In this document: one piece after another, positions 10,101-18,070 of the stretch
Numbering within the stretch: the stretch's first letter is position 1
How the letters are laid out: every line of letters starts with the position of its first letter
Source: a virus
Lineage: Duplodnaviria > Caudoviricetes
Reading direction: 5' to 3' (one strand)
Length of the DNA: 33,836 nucleotides
Virus record (IMG/VR): IMGVR_UViG_3300027969_000262
Coordinates: 1 to 33,836 of that record
Translations under genes and position numbers: made by a program
Notes under the pieces: model-generated
What the model saw: only the letters and a program-made list of their open reading frames with translations
Databases searched by the model: none
What the model was told of the DNA's origin: nothing

Positions 10101-12554
10101 TTTAAAATTACCTTCTTCGTCAACTATTTCTGAAGCTCTTTTTCTCCAGTTGGAAACTGTGTTTTCAGTAACCCCATACAGTGTTTTTAGTTCAACAGGA
10201 GTAAGTTGCTCGTTTAATGGAGTACTAATTAGATAAGCAAACAATCGTTTAATCTTAGGCTCTGTGTTTGCATCCATGGCATTATTTTTTACAATAATAC
10301 GGTCAGCCAACATCACAGCATAGTTAGGTTTCTCATCAAAGTCAGCTAATATATTTTTAACAAGACGACTAGTAACATTGCCTGTAGAAACTGCTCTTGT
10401 CCACTTATCCTTTAAATCTTGGGAGAGATAAGCGTAGTCAAGTCCTGTCTCTCTTCTCCAACGCTGTCCTTCAGGGGAGTTATTTTCTCTTTCGAACTGT
10501 TGTCTGTTTTGTTCAAAAAATTCATCGCTTGCTCTATCAGCATTTTCTGCCCCTTCAACTCCCCCAGCTTGGCTTTCGCCATTAGTAATTGGAAGTTGTT
10601 CATTTACTTGCCCCGTCTCTTGCCCATTAGGAACAGTACTGGTGATGGCTCCACCGGCATAATCCCGTGGCACTGCTTCTCCTCCTCCGACATCTTGCTG
10701 GCCGTTCTGGACACCATTGTCGCTTCCTGTCCCGATGGGTCGAATGCCATTGGATTGTAAAAGCCCAAGGTCTCCCGTTCCAGTTTCTGCTGCTCTTCCC
10801 TCGACTGATACATCTCCCACCCCGGCAGGCACTTGCTGTTCTGTTTGTATTCCATTTGTTTCTCCTATTAAATTATCACGAAAATTCTCTAAAAAGCCCA
10901 ACTGGGCTGCAGTACTCTTACCTTTTTTACCTTCTAAGTCTTTAATCTCTGCTTTAACACGATCAAGAACATCATCAATGTTAGTAGCACCTGCTAAGTA
11001 TGCTTCTACTTTACCAGCTAAACTCTTAGGTGTAATTGTTTTATCAGTGTTTTGATTCTTAAATGCATCTAACCAAGCAAATTCTACATGGTGTGTAAGC
11101 TCAGGTTTGGCTGCTTCTTCTACAAGTATCTTATCAACAGCTTCATTAAGCTTGTTAGTCATGCCTGAGAAATACATGTTTCCGTTAAACTTAACACCAA
11201 TCTGTGCACCCTGCTCATTAAAAACGGGAGTAGTGCCAAACTTATCTAATATTGTTTTACGAGATGCAGCTTGCTGTGCTATTTCTTCTTCAGTTTGTTG
11301 TTGTGCTTTTTGTTGATTGGCTTGTGCGTTGGCAGTGGCAACTTGTTGTGAATCTGGCCCAGCCTGTCGTTGCATTACATCAAATGCAGTCTCATCTCTT
11401 TCAACACCAGTAGCAGGGTCAGCAATCTTTCTACCTGTTGGTTCATTCATAGCAGCAGTCATATCTGCTTGCCGTTGTTTAATTAGTGCTTCTTGTTCTT
11501 TCTTCTGTCTGTCTACAACACCAACTGTTTGATTAACAATTTCTTGTGTAGATAAACCCGGACCTGCATTTACGTTAATTGCGCCTTTAATGGCATCGGC
11601 ATTTGAAGTTACATTGTTTGTATTGTTGTCAAACGAACCGCCTAATAAACTATTCTCTGGTCTACGTTCACCTGCAATTCCAGCCATACCACCACGGATA
11701 ACTCCACCACCAATACCACCTTTAATGGCTGATAGTCCGTACTCGTTATATGCTTCAGCTCCAGTTAACTCTTTAAAAGCACCGTATCTTTCAAGCCCAG
11801 TTTGTATAGTTTCTGTTCCGGCTTCTTCAGCTAGTCCTATTGCACCCTGCTTGGCTATGTTTTTTGTAAGGCTAGTACCAGCTTCTCGTTGTAAGAAACT
11901 TGAGCCTTTACCTAATACTTTATTAGTAAGTCGTTCAGCACCAAGGGCAGTGTCTAAAACAGCAGCAGCACCGCCAGTCATAAGAGCACGGCCAACATCA
12001 TTCATTCCTGCTTCTCTTTGGTCTGCTCTAATACCACCGTATTCTTGTATTAAGTTACCAACATATGCACCACCCGCACCACCAATAGTTTGTCCAACAG
12101 CTGCTCCAGCAACAGTACCAACACCCGGAACAACGGAACCTGCAACACCACCGATAGCACCACCAATAGCTCTTCCAGCCATACCAGTTAATGCTGATAT
12201 ACCAACTTGTGGAATAACTTCACCAATGGCTTCACGAGCCGTAGTAAATGGACTAGATAGTGCTTCTTCTACAGTGTTAATTTGAGATGGGTTGCGACGA
12301 ACTACTTTTTCGCCATAAGATTGAATTGCTTCACCTGTTTCTCTAGGCCCGATATCTTGTAGAGTAGAACCTAAAGCAGATATTGCTTGACCACCACCTC
12401 TTTTTATGTCCGAGATAAACCCGGGCTTAGACATCTTAGGATCTTTTTTAAGGCCAGCCTGTATTAAATCATCTTCTATATAGTTAAAAGAATTCTTATC
12501 GTTTAATAACCCAGCTTGGATTAAATCTGATTTTATATAGTCATCAAGAGGCAT
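4143..12554 (-). CDS. giant polyvalent internal-virion/ejection protein (2803 aa): Gly/Ala hydrophobic N-terminus, HTH-like motif, L,D-transpeptidase-like, zincin-like, ART-PolyVal-like and PLxRFG domains
   Basis: Motifs LMH..RYSFGCINV, VFLHEVGSHLGL, FKKWFGNSK..YHGT..NQIKSAIGN and APLKRFGNY; last gene of the ejection cluster. Confidence 0.88.
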   Translation of the reverse strand: MPLDDYIKSDLIQAGLLNDKNSFNYIEDDLIQAGLKKDPKMSKPGFISDIKRGGGQAISALGSTLQDIGPRETGEAIQSYGEKVVRRNPSQINTVEEALSSPFTTAREAIGEVIPQVGISALTGMAGRAIGGAIGGVAGSVVPGVGTVAGAAVGQTIGGAGGAYVGNLIQEYGGIRADQREAGMNDVGRALMTGGAAAVLDTALGAERLTNKVLGKGSSFLQREAGTSLTKNIAKQGAIGLAEEAGTETIQTGLERYGAFKELTGAEAYNEYGLSAIKGGIGGGVIRGGMAGIAGERRPENSLLGGSFDNNTNNVTSNADAIKGAINVNAGPGLSTQEIVNQTVGVVDRQKKEQEALIKQRQADMTAAMNEPTGRKIADPATGVERDETAFDVMQRQAGPDSQQVATANAQANQQKAQQQTEEEIAQQAASRKTILDKFGTTPVFNEQGAQIGVKFNGNMYFSGMTNKLNEAVDKILVEEAAKPELTHHVEFAWLDAFKNQNTDKTITPKSLAGKVEAYLAGATNIDDVLDRVKAEIKDLEGKKGKSTAAQLGFLENFRDNLIGETNGIQTEQQVPAGVGDVSVEGRAAETGTGDLGLLQSNGIRPIGTGSDNGVQNGQQDVGGGEAVPRDYAGGAITSTVPNGQETGQVNEQLPITNGESQAGGVEGAENADRASDEFFEQNRQQFERENNSPEGQRWRRETGLDYAYLSQDLKDKWTRAVSTGNVTSRLVKNILADFDEKPNYAVMLADRIIVKNNAMDANTEPKIKRLFAYLISTPLNEQLTPVELKTLYGVTENTVSNWRKRASEIVDEEGNFKAGWSETTKKLLPGIIAEIKQKYNIENDATLAKLLTLGNNDLSSDISDIESEIKQELGQYEVELNVKNKEGQEEETGVKESSRKSISVNEQYNLGESVGTKGVKLIQQIKDLEAKIDAATANDDSETVDELTLKKEDLEADLAAAEVLAKKAQKLSKTQNLSKKGAENAFQEQSTDERNVRKSAEGGQAVGEGNAKPENTSREVVVKVEKKKQRAPKVEEKTTKETKSAAQLWDALGAPVKYDGLSPTGKADWALAVKDNKGNLITANKIFETEQKVESKTAEQLADESRTIEGEARIVSVGEKEQVKLITDQTSSLTDAQNTRLEQHYKAKRGTEEFISKVKDDVLKYVTKGAEAVAGAVRDIIKQIANGVMSIAIVLNPNLASDPIKIIVPTYETRTEQVIQKAPSTVAKNMSPAAQRAYEVIYPTIKDELAKTNKLFIITDKPTATQFIFNPDGTLLFQSKVLVAKSFGDFMKGDNNIDANKITPAGLMKLVQRTNTSSTKGYDFDTVYGVEGVNENTGDKYFTTLMHSVWLSEKDAQQRQQALKESGPQNSRYSFGCINVDKDTFGKVLKGHENQMNGATLFVVPDNQENVMEFVNGKAVLEKDIARQGITPKTKTVTEKVGTETVAGTKGTQLAAKEEKLQLSKQEKTTEKSTTAQIAAELKDFIGLGSSKVVRIVQSITQLPPLIQQSLSDQERVGGFVTGAGKAYLIADNINPNDIRAVFLHEVGSHLGLQEMLGDKEFNTLIDKINEWAGNKNSVEGKIAIKALERVAAAKTSVDSMNDELLAYFIEEAVKAGINPTVKYSPTPLGRFLSSIVSAFKRALRKLGFTSESLTAEDVVDLAYGAAHLVIQENILVPTNKVQFSFAVNNFKKWFGNSKIVNQDGTPKVMYHGTAQDIVEFRPKQGNAIFLTSSIKFAEDYANLRAQWGIESSKEVEKYANIMPVFVRAENPFDYSKEKHIALIKQNLFQREKEELDKEFSGWNWEDKLQQGEWSVIESPQVQAAIKRSEFDAFYVSEKGVRNLAVYSSNQIKSAIGNSGAYNLDSSDIRFSIQPISAIRAGAKNRIDALPPSYRGPVQAIFDTIQDAAKKGSIWASFTEDLALVAQKYIPSVTKYVGLMKERQAIKTKYERRVEEVLQDYEKLDKSVKGTGEGSVNKFLKDSTMGNKWGFQPSWIKEAVPIDKDIADRFNKMPDNAQKVIKKVFEHGFNTLSDMKQSVMSNITTEYDALIKEAEADEDAKEVSSLQKKKADALRDYRSLMSVQANSPYAPLKRFGNYVVAGKSQEYLNAEEAKDRKTIEKLQKDGDHYFVQFAETWAEAKAIARSQEGNYAFVEPFEKDDAERAMYGGKDVSDVFQRFRTMADDSLGDLSNKSKKTIDSLLLNLQLALLSDQSARQSENRRKGIAGAEDDMMRSFATQGRASAHFISTLHNTSAIYDQLRNMKKEADASTTGRGDRRRYYNEFMKRHAMAFNYESNPLLDKALGITSMWMLLTNPAYYLQNLTQPYMMSMPVMAAKHGYAKTTSAMMQGYKDIASVIRSEGLNEKTYSKLPADVREAIETLVNSGRIDISLESDLGRWQSTEEKNLASVAIEKLRSISQDVESINRVVTAVAAYRLEKQDGASQADAIAYADKVIIDTHGDYSGFNAPRFTRQGVGRLMTQFRKFQLIQISLMAKLINQSFKGVGKNAEETKQIRLVGKKALIYTLSHTFAMAGVMGMPGFAAIAWIVGAAFGDEDEPDNPEATLRKIIGDNAVADVLLKGIPKLLGVDLSGKLGMGQMLSILPYTEIDLSRDGYAKALAASMGPFLGGLLPKVIDGIGLMTQGNYYKGLAALAPTGLGNAVKAFELLDKGVVKRNGDVVLSADDISTLDAMSQALGLPTNKITDKQFIMSSEFKADKFYSERTTELKTEYTQAFRKGDTEEMGDIRRKWEDTQLARVRNGLKRQPISELFRAPQEQLKRQRDIKGGIVKPSLASGFVTER
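9449..9601 (-). CDS. overprinted (+1 frame) small basic protein, 50 aa: MPFKSKAQMREMFANQPKVAKQWAKETPNPKTLPEKLLSKSKRKSKEPRK
   Basis: AAGGAG SD 6 nt upstream of ATG; the sequence resembles stand-alone phage MPFKSxxQ..W.KET..KLPE proteins (from memory); locally raised GC. Confidence 0.72.
   Translation of the reverse strand: MPFKSKAQMREMFANQPKVAKQWAKETPNPKTLPEKLLSKSKRKSKEPRK
10412..10603 (-). CDS. candidate overprinted (+1 frame) protein, 63 aa
   Basis: ATG immediately follows the TAA of the nested 83-aa ORF (TAAATG coupling); same +1 frame. Confidence 0.5.
   Translation of the reverse strand: MNNFQLLMAKAKLGELKGQKMLIEQAMNFLNKTDNSSKEKITPLKDSVGEERQDLTTLISPKI
10604..10855 (-). CDS. candidate overprinted (+1 frame) protein, 83 aa
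   Basis: SD AGGAGA 5 nt before ATG (TAATAGGAGAAACAAATG); region about 55% GC versus about 33% in a flanking 60-mer. Confidence 0.6.
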   Translation of the reverse strand: MEYKQNSKCLPGWEMYQSREEQQKLERETLGFYNPMAFDPSGQEATMVSRTASKMSEEEKQCHGIMPVEPSPVLFLMGKRRGK

Positions 12555-12597
12555 ACTTACCTTAGAATTAATCTTTTGTTAGCTTATTATACTAAAA

Positions 12598-14154
12598 TTA
12601 CTGGGGTTGGTTTTGTGCTTCTATTTGTTTAATCTGATTGCCTATTCTAATTTTATCTCTTGGGTTTTTAGATGATTCAAAATCTTTTTTAAGCTGTGCT
12701 AATTGATTTGCTTGAACATTTTGTGCCCATTGGCTTTTAGAAAGATCAGTGCCTGCAGGAGTTACTGCAGGGTTTATAGCCGACATAGGTTTTGCAGCAG
12801 GTGCAACAGGAGCATTGTCATTAATAGGAAGCGCAGTAACAGCTCCTTGTGGTTTTAAAGGAGGAGAGTTTTTATAACGACTGTTATACTCGTTAACCTT
12901 TTGATTAGCTTCTTTTATTTTTCCATTAGCAACTAAAGTTTCAATTTCTTTTTGTTTTATAGCCGTTACTGCTTCAGGCGCATACCCATACTTCATTAGA
13001 TATTCATTTTGATTTGGTTCAGTACCTGATTTGCCTTCAACAAAAGCTTTTTGAGCATTACTATAATCACTTATTGCTCTACCCATGTCGGTATTAGCAG
13101 CAATTCTACTAAAATCACCAGACTTCATAGCTATTGCAGCTTCTGCTTTTTGAGCTAAATTAAATTTATCTGTTTGGTATGTAGAACTCTTTGGATCAAG
13201 TTGTTGAATTTCGTTAGAAAAAGTTTGTTGTAAATCAAATATTGCTTGTTTTCTAGAATTTTCATCGCCAATAGTTTTTGCATGGGCTCCATAATATCCG
13301 CCAGCTTGATTAGAAGCAAAAGCAGACGCAAAGTTTTTAGCTTTTTCAGACGGAAGAAGTTCTGCTTTAAGATCAACTTCTCTTTCTTTAGCTCCAACTT
13401 CTCTCCCTTTAAGAGCAACACCTTCTTTTTGGAATCCAAGTTCAACACCTTCTCTAAACTTACCGGGCAATGATGTATATTTATCAAAAGCTATTTCTTT
13501 GAAAGCCATCATAGCAGTCTGAGCAGTAATTGGTGTAGTGTCTATTACTTTACCTTTAGAGTCTGTTCTTACAATTGAAGAACTACCGTCTGCTCCTTTT
13601 TTAATTTCGGCTTTGTACCCATCATCTAAATGAGAACCTTTTTTTGCATTATTATATGCACCTAAATTAGATTCAAGATATGCTACAGGGTCTTTTGAAA
13701 GTTCCGCTACAGATTTTTCTTGCCATTGGCTAAATGCGTCTTCAGCTTCAGCTCGTTTTTCAGTTCTTTGTAATCCTTTAATACCTAAACCAGCAGATTG
13801 TAACTGCATAGCGTATAAAGGATTAGCGCCTGTAGCTCTAAGTTGAGATTGAAGATCCTGTTGTTTTTGTTCAGGAGTATATGCAGTAACTTCTCTTTGT
13901 ATTGTTGGTCCCGCAGTACCTACTCCTTCAGTTCCGGAAATTGCTTGGTCTCTTAATTCACTAGAATTACCAACAGTATTTAAATATGCTTGTTCAGCAG
14001 CTTCTTTTTTAGTTTGTTCTTTTCTTTGTATGTCAAATTGTTCTTGTAGTCTTTTTTCTGCAGCTTGTAAACGTTCTTCTTCTTGCAAAGTTGTGTATGT
14101 TTTAACTCCTGTTGTTACAGCAGATCCTAACGCAGCTCCTAGATTAAATGCCAT
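12598..14154 (-). CDS. putative internal virion / DNA ejection protein (518 aa)
   Basis: MAFNLGAALGSAV N-terminus, Q/E/K/A-rich helical composition, position between the other ejection genes. Confidence 0.7.
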   Translation of the reverse strand: MAFNLGAALGSAVTTGVKTYTTLQEEERLQAAEKRLQEQFDIQRKEQTKKEAAEQAYLNTVGNSSELRDQAISGTEGVGTAGPTIQREVTAYTPEQKQQDLQSQLRATGANPLYAMQLQSAGLGIKGLQRTEKRAEAEDAFSQWQEKSVAELSKDPVAYLESNLGAYNNAKKGSHLDDGYKAEIKKGADGSSSIVRTDSKGKVIDTTPITAQTAMMAFKEIAFDKYTSLPGKFREGVELGFQKEGVALKGREVGAKEREVDLKAELLPSEKAKNFASAFASNQAGGYYGAHAKTIGDENSRKQAIFDLQQTFSNEIQQLDPKSSTYQTDKFNLAQKAEAAIAMKSGDFSRIAANTDMGRAISDYSNAQKAFVEGKSGTEPNQNEYLMKYGYAPEAVTAIKQKEIETLVANGKIKEANQKVNEYNSRYKNSPPLKPQGAVTALPINDNAPVAPAAKPMSAINPAVTPAGTDLSKSQWAQNVQANQLAQLKKDFESSKNPRDKIRIGNQIKQIEAQNQPQ

Positions 14155-14156
14155 AA

Positions 14157-15314
14157 TTACACCACCTTAGAATAATCAACGGCTTTATAACCGTCTTCAG
14201 TTTTAAACACAGCTTCTGGAATAAGTTTTTCAATGTCGTGTACCATAAATCCACGGAAACGACCATGCCCAGCATACTTAGAATTTTTAAATTCTGTTTT
14301 ATATTCAAAGTCAAAAATTGGTAATCCATTAGATGCATGTCCAACAAATTCAATATTTTCTTTAGTTCGTATATCAGACATAGCCATTAACGCAGGTGCA
14401 TATTTTAAAGCTGCCCCGCCAATAGCTCCTACAGCAGCTCCTATACCAGCAGAACTTGTTGCACTAGCTTGTTGACTTGCGTTGTATGCACTAACATCAG
14501 TAGCGTATTTTTGATTGCCTAACTGACCAATCTGATTCCAGCCACCCATCGCAGCGCCAGTACCTTGAACATAACTATTACCTTGTGCATTTATTGCATT
14601 TGTACCTGCAGCACCGGAAGCTAAAGCAGAATTACCTGCATTTAAAGATAACCCTGTTGCTGTTGCTTGGTTTCCATACTGACCTTGAGCCAATGCAGAA
14701 GCATCCATCTTTTTCGCCCAGCCTAACTGAATAGCAGCATTTCTAGCACGAGTAGCAGCAGCGGAACCTGTAGCAGCTTCCATTATTTGATTTGCATTAT
14801 TTTGTCCACGATAAGCACCTGACGTAGGATCAATACCATAGGACTGCATATTTCTTGCAGTGTTTGCTTTGGCTACTTCAAATTGGCTTTTAACATCTGA
14901 CAATGCAGAACTTGCTTGTTGTTCTTGTTCTTCTTTACTTCCTGCTGTTTTTGCTTGTTCAAATATATCTTCTTGTAACGGATAACCAAACTTCTTAAAC
15001 CGAGCTAATTGTTCATCACCTAAAGCACTTTGTTTTTCTGTAATATCATATTGTTGTTGCTGGACTTTATTGGACATATCCAACTGAGTCTGAGTTTGCT
15101 TTTCAAGAGCTGGCCATATTTTTGTTGTAAAGTCTTCATATTGTTTTTCAGAAAGAGTTGCCATTCTTTCTTGAGCTCTACCAATTGCCGGGTCTGCAGA
15201 AGGAGCACCACCGCCACCACCTTTGCCGCCTTCTAAGGTAGCAGGTGCATTACTAAACAGTTTCTTCTGAAACGCCCGTTCAGGCAGCATATCATAATCG
15301 TGAGTATATCTCAT
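14157..15314 (-). CDS. putative internal virion / ejection protein with C-terminal peptidase S74 (intramolecular chaperone) domain
   Basis: Likely start is ATG 15314 (ATGA overlap with the GNAT stop). Gly/Ala/Gln-rich body, hydrophobic GIGAAVGAIGGAAL segment, then SDIRTKENI..GFMVHDIE..PEAV..VDYSKV. Confidence 0.8.
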   Translation of the reverse strand: MRYTHDYDMLPERAFQKKLFSNAPATLEGGKGGGGGAPSADPAIGRAQERMATLSEKQYEDFTTKIWPALEKQTQTQLDMSNKVQQQQYDITEKQSALGDEQLARFKKFGYPLQEDIFEQAKTAGSKEEQEQQASSALSDVKSQFEVAKANTARNMQSYGIDPTSGAYRGQNNANQIMEAATGSAAATRARNAAIQLGWAKKMDASALAQGQYGNQATATGLSLNAGNSALASGAAGTNAINAQGNSYVQGTGAAMGGWNQIGQLGNQKYATDVSAYNASQQASATSSAGIGAAVGAIGGAALKYAPALMAMSDIRTKENIEFVGHASNGLPIFDFEYKTEFKNSKYAGHGRFRGFMVHDIEKLIPEAVFKTEDGYKAVDYSKVV

Positions 15315-15733
15315 ATTTTTATCTCCAACCAGCGGCATTCTTCTCTAAGCATACCATATAAAATCATATCAGTCCCGTCAGTAGCAGCCTTACGAAGAAG
15401 GCCTTCTTTTTTAAAACCCAGATGTTCATCAAATTTCTGTGCTTCCAAATTATCTACACGGACTAAACCCGTGATTCTGTTACATTTTAACTGAATAAAT
15501 GGATAAGCGAAAGTCCTAAATAAAAAATCTCTAGTCATCCACCTTTTTCCGGGCTCTGCTGCAACATGTATACACACAGACGGGCCGTTATACAGATTAA
15601 ATACTACACCAGCAATCAATACACCATTCTCAGTTAATCCAATACTTGTAGCACTACCAAAGTCATCTTCATCAATTCTTTTACCTACCCAAGGTATAAC
15701 ATATTGGTCTTCACCATATACCGCAGTTTTCAT
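15311..15733 (-). CDS. GNAT-family acetyltransferase-like virion assembly protein (positional analogue of P22 gp14 / T7 gp13)
   Basis: FAYPFIQLKCNRITGLV..N..AQKFDEHLGFKKEG..R..DMILYGMLREEC (RimJ/RimL-like). Confidence 0.85.
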   Translation of the reverse strand: MKTAVYGEDQYVIPWVGKRIDEDDFGSATSIGLTENGVLIAGVVFNLYNGPSVCIHVAAEPGKRWMTRDFLFRTFAYPFIQLKCNRITGLVRVDNLEAQKFDEHLGFKKEGLLRKAATDGTDMILYGMLREECRWLEIKI

Positions 15734-15945
15734 TATTCCCCGCTATAGTTAATTCTTGCAACAATTTCGTTAATCTTTGATATCATATCACTTGTGGATG
15801 CCGAGGTTCCAAGGGTAGAGATTTGTCTAGTTCCGGGCCGAACACCTGTAATAAGCTCTATATTTTCTTTCATGGCATTTAACGCTAATATAACTGCACG
15901 ATCTCCTGTATCAACAATTGGAATACCCGGTTTTTTATTAGCCAT
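15733..15945 (-). CDS. hypothetical virion protein (70 aa)
   Basis: Overlaps both neighbouring genes; ALNAMKENIELITG pattern. Confidence 0.7.
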   Translation of the reverse strand: MANKKPGIPIVDTGDRAVILALNAMKENIELITGVRPGTRQISTLGTSASTSDMISKINEIVARINYSGE

Positions 15946-17767
15946 TTCCTAATGCCCTTAATTCTCCAATTGATGTAGCCATATCAAAACCACGAACAGG
16001 CGCATTACCTGATATTTTAATTTCGTATGCGTATGCTTTAACTGTTGCAGGTAAACGAATTGGGTCTTGGGTGGTTACACCAGTTGTATATATTAAGTTA
16101 CCATCGCCATAAATAAATACAGTAATTGTTCTTGTAACTGCTGGAGATCCCGGAATTGAAGTAAGAATCGAAGCACCTACAGGAAATAAATTTAAAACAC
16201 CACCGTTTACAGTGCTTTGTAAGTTACCACCGGAAGCAGCAAACAGTGCTTGGTTTTCAGCAATAATAGAAGCTATAAGGTTGTTGTATGCAATACCATC
16301 AGAAATATAGTCATAGTTTGCAATAACTTTAAACGCTGCAAAACTAACAGGGTTCGGCATTACAAACTTTTTAGACATCCATTCATAAAATATATTGTTG
16401 TTTGTATCTGAATCTAGTTGGTAAACTAAATTGTCTATAGTAGATACTACGTATATGTTTGCGTTTTGATGGTCTACAAAAATTGCTGAAGCAGAATAAT
16501 CAAGAATAAACAATGGAGGAATATCGCCACGAGCAATAACAATAGACTTTGTAACACCACCGGTTGTATAGAATCCAATGTATAAATTGTTGTAGACTTT
16601 AGATACAAGAGACGAAGGGTTTAGAGCCTGCCATTCTTCACGTGTGTATAGCGCAGTTGTTATAACATCCTGTGACCCTGAGGCTATAGAAACCAGTCCA
16701 TTAGGTGATGCATATAATATACCGTACTGGTCAGTAGTAATAGACTTTTTAGATACACATGGTTGCATCATTGGGAGCTTAACTTGAGACATACCCCCGG
16801 GGCTTGTTCCGGTAATTACAAATGGTTGATGTTTTGTTAAAACTACTACAGAACTGTCGAACGCTCCGAGGCCTACAATCTCATCGTTTACAGTCATCAT
16901 GTAATTAGAAGGCCAAGCGTGGGGTAAATATGGTTCGCAAAACCATACTTGATTGCCTGTAAACCCAACTAAAATACCGTTGGCCATGGCTACAATACCT
17001 TGTAATGTGCTTGGTGGTTCTGTGTAATATAAAGACTCTAGTGTTCCACCTAGATTAACAGCCAATACAGTATCAGCATAACTTGTAGTAGCCACTGGAA
17101 TCTCAGCAACAAACGCATAAACAACTGACCCACTACCTGTAACTGATCTATATATTCTACGGCTTGTTATGTTGTATCCACTGACAGCAACGCTGGAAAA
17201 CCCAGAAACCGTAACTGTAGCATTAGGTTCAACAGTACTAATAGTACCGGCTGGGCTTGGAGCAGACTCTTCTTGGACAGAACCAAATGTACTTATGTTG
17301 GTATATACGTATGCTCTATTCTCATAGACAGTTCCCGAACCACCAGTTTTAACTAGCGTAGGTGCTGCTGCGGGTGCCAATACACCCATGTTGTAATATG
17401 CATTTGGGAATGGTTTAGTTCCAGCTCCCGATGTTGTTGCTAGTGCCCAGTTAGTTTTCTTTGGCGTACCATCGCCTGTGTAATATATTCTAGACTCAGT
17501 AATATCTCCTACAGGGCCGACTGCTATATCAACATCCGTAGTCCACTCAAGCCATTTATATGTACCTGTGGGTGTATTATATAACTTGTATATTGTTTGA
17601 ACGTTTGTGTAATTAGGAGTATATTCAAAAACTTCTTTTTTCCAAGACCTTAGTTCCTTGGATGTTTCTCGTACGTTTACAGCAATTTGAGCTTGACTTG
17701 CATCAAGTTGAGTAGGGCCTGTCCTAGGTACAATTCCTGAAAAGTTTTGGAGTTGAATGTAAGGCAT
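15938..17767 (-). CDS. tail nozzle / tail tubular B-like (stabilization) protein
   Basis: F.GIVPR..L..AQ.A.N N-terminus; VWFCEPYLPHAWP and GCVSKKSI-type beta-propeller motifs; position upstream of GNAT and the ejection genes. Confidence 0.75.
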   Translation of the reverse strand: MPYIQLQNFSGIVPRTGPTQLDASQAQIAVNVRETSKELRSWKKEVFEYTPNYTNVQTIYKLYNTPTGTYKWLEWTTDVDIAVGPVGDITESRIYYTGDGTPKKTNWALATTSGAGTKPFPNAYYNMGVLAPAAAPTLVKTGGSGTVYENRAYVYTNISTFGSVQEESAPSPAGTISTVEPNATVTVSGFSSVAVSGYNITSRRIYRSVTGSGSVVYAFVAEIPVATTSYADTVLAVNLGGTLESLYYTEPPSTLQGIVAMANGILVGFTGNQVWFCEPYLPHAWPSNYMMTVNDEIVGLGAFDSSVVVLTKHQPFVITGTSPGGMSQVKLPMMQPCVSKKSITTDQYGILYASPNGLVSIASGSQDVITTALYTREEWQALNPSSLVSKVYNNLYIGFYTTGGVTKSIVIARGDIPPLFILDYSASAIFVDHQNANIYVVSTIDNLVYQLDSDTNNNIFYEWMSKKFVMPNPVSFAAFKVIANYDYISDGIAYNNLIASIIAENQALFAASGGNLQSTVNGGVLNLFPVGASILTSIPGSPAVTRTITVFIYGDGNLIYTTGVTTQDPIRLPATVKAYAYEIKISGNAPVRGFDMATSIGELRALGNG

Positions 17768-17782
17768 GGCCCATTTTCCTTA

Positions 17783-18040
17783 TTAAACTTCGTTACTTAT
17801 ATCTTCAGCTGTTTTACCAGCTGTATCAGTTGCTTTTTTCCTTGGTGCTCGTGCAGCTGCAGCATCAGGTTTTCCTGCTTCTAATGCCGCTAGTATAGCT
17901 TGTCCGTCAGCATTTAAGTTAAAAGTTCCGTTTTCAATCACACCAACTATTTTACGAGTAGACATCACACCCACAATAATATTTCCAGCTACAACTTCTC
18001 CGCCACTTTTTTCTACAAATTCTTCAATGGTCATCGCCAT
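17783..18040 (-). CDS. hypothetical protein (85 aa)
   Basis: Strong SD AAAGGAG; clean ORF. Confidence 0.75.
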   Translation of the reverse strand: MAMTIEEFVEKSGGEVVAGNIIVGVMSTRKIVGVIENGTFNLNADGQAILAALEAGKPDAAAARAPRKKATDTAGKTAEDISNEV

Positions 18041-18070
18041 GTTAAAACTCCTTTAGTTAATAGAGCTCTT

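Noticed and set aside
11590-12285. 231-aa + strand ORF antisense to the giant gene
   Set aside because: Pro/Ala-rich mirror of Gly/Ala codons, no SD; a typical antisense shadow.
13155-13487. 110-aa alternative-frame ORF in the 518-aa gene
   Set aside because: TTG start without SD, Leu/Lys shadow composition, and no obvious GC shift like that at the nested ORFs in the giant gene.
14144-14353. 69-aa same-strand alternative ORF over the S74 domain
   Set aside because: No SD; explained as a frame shadow of a conserved domain.
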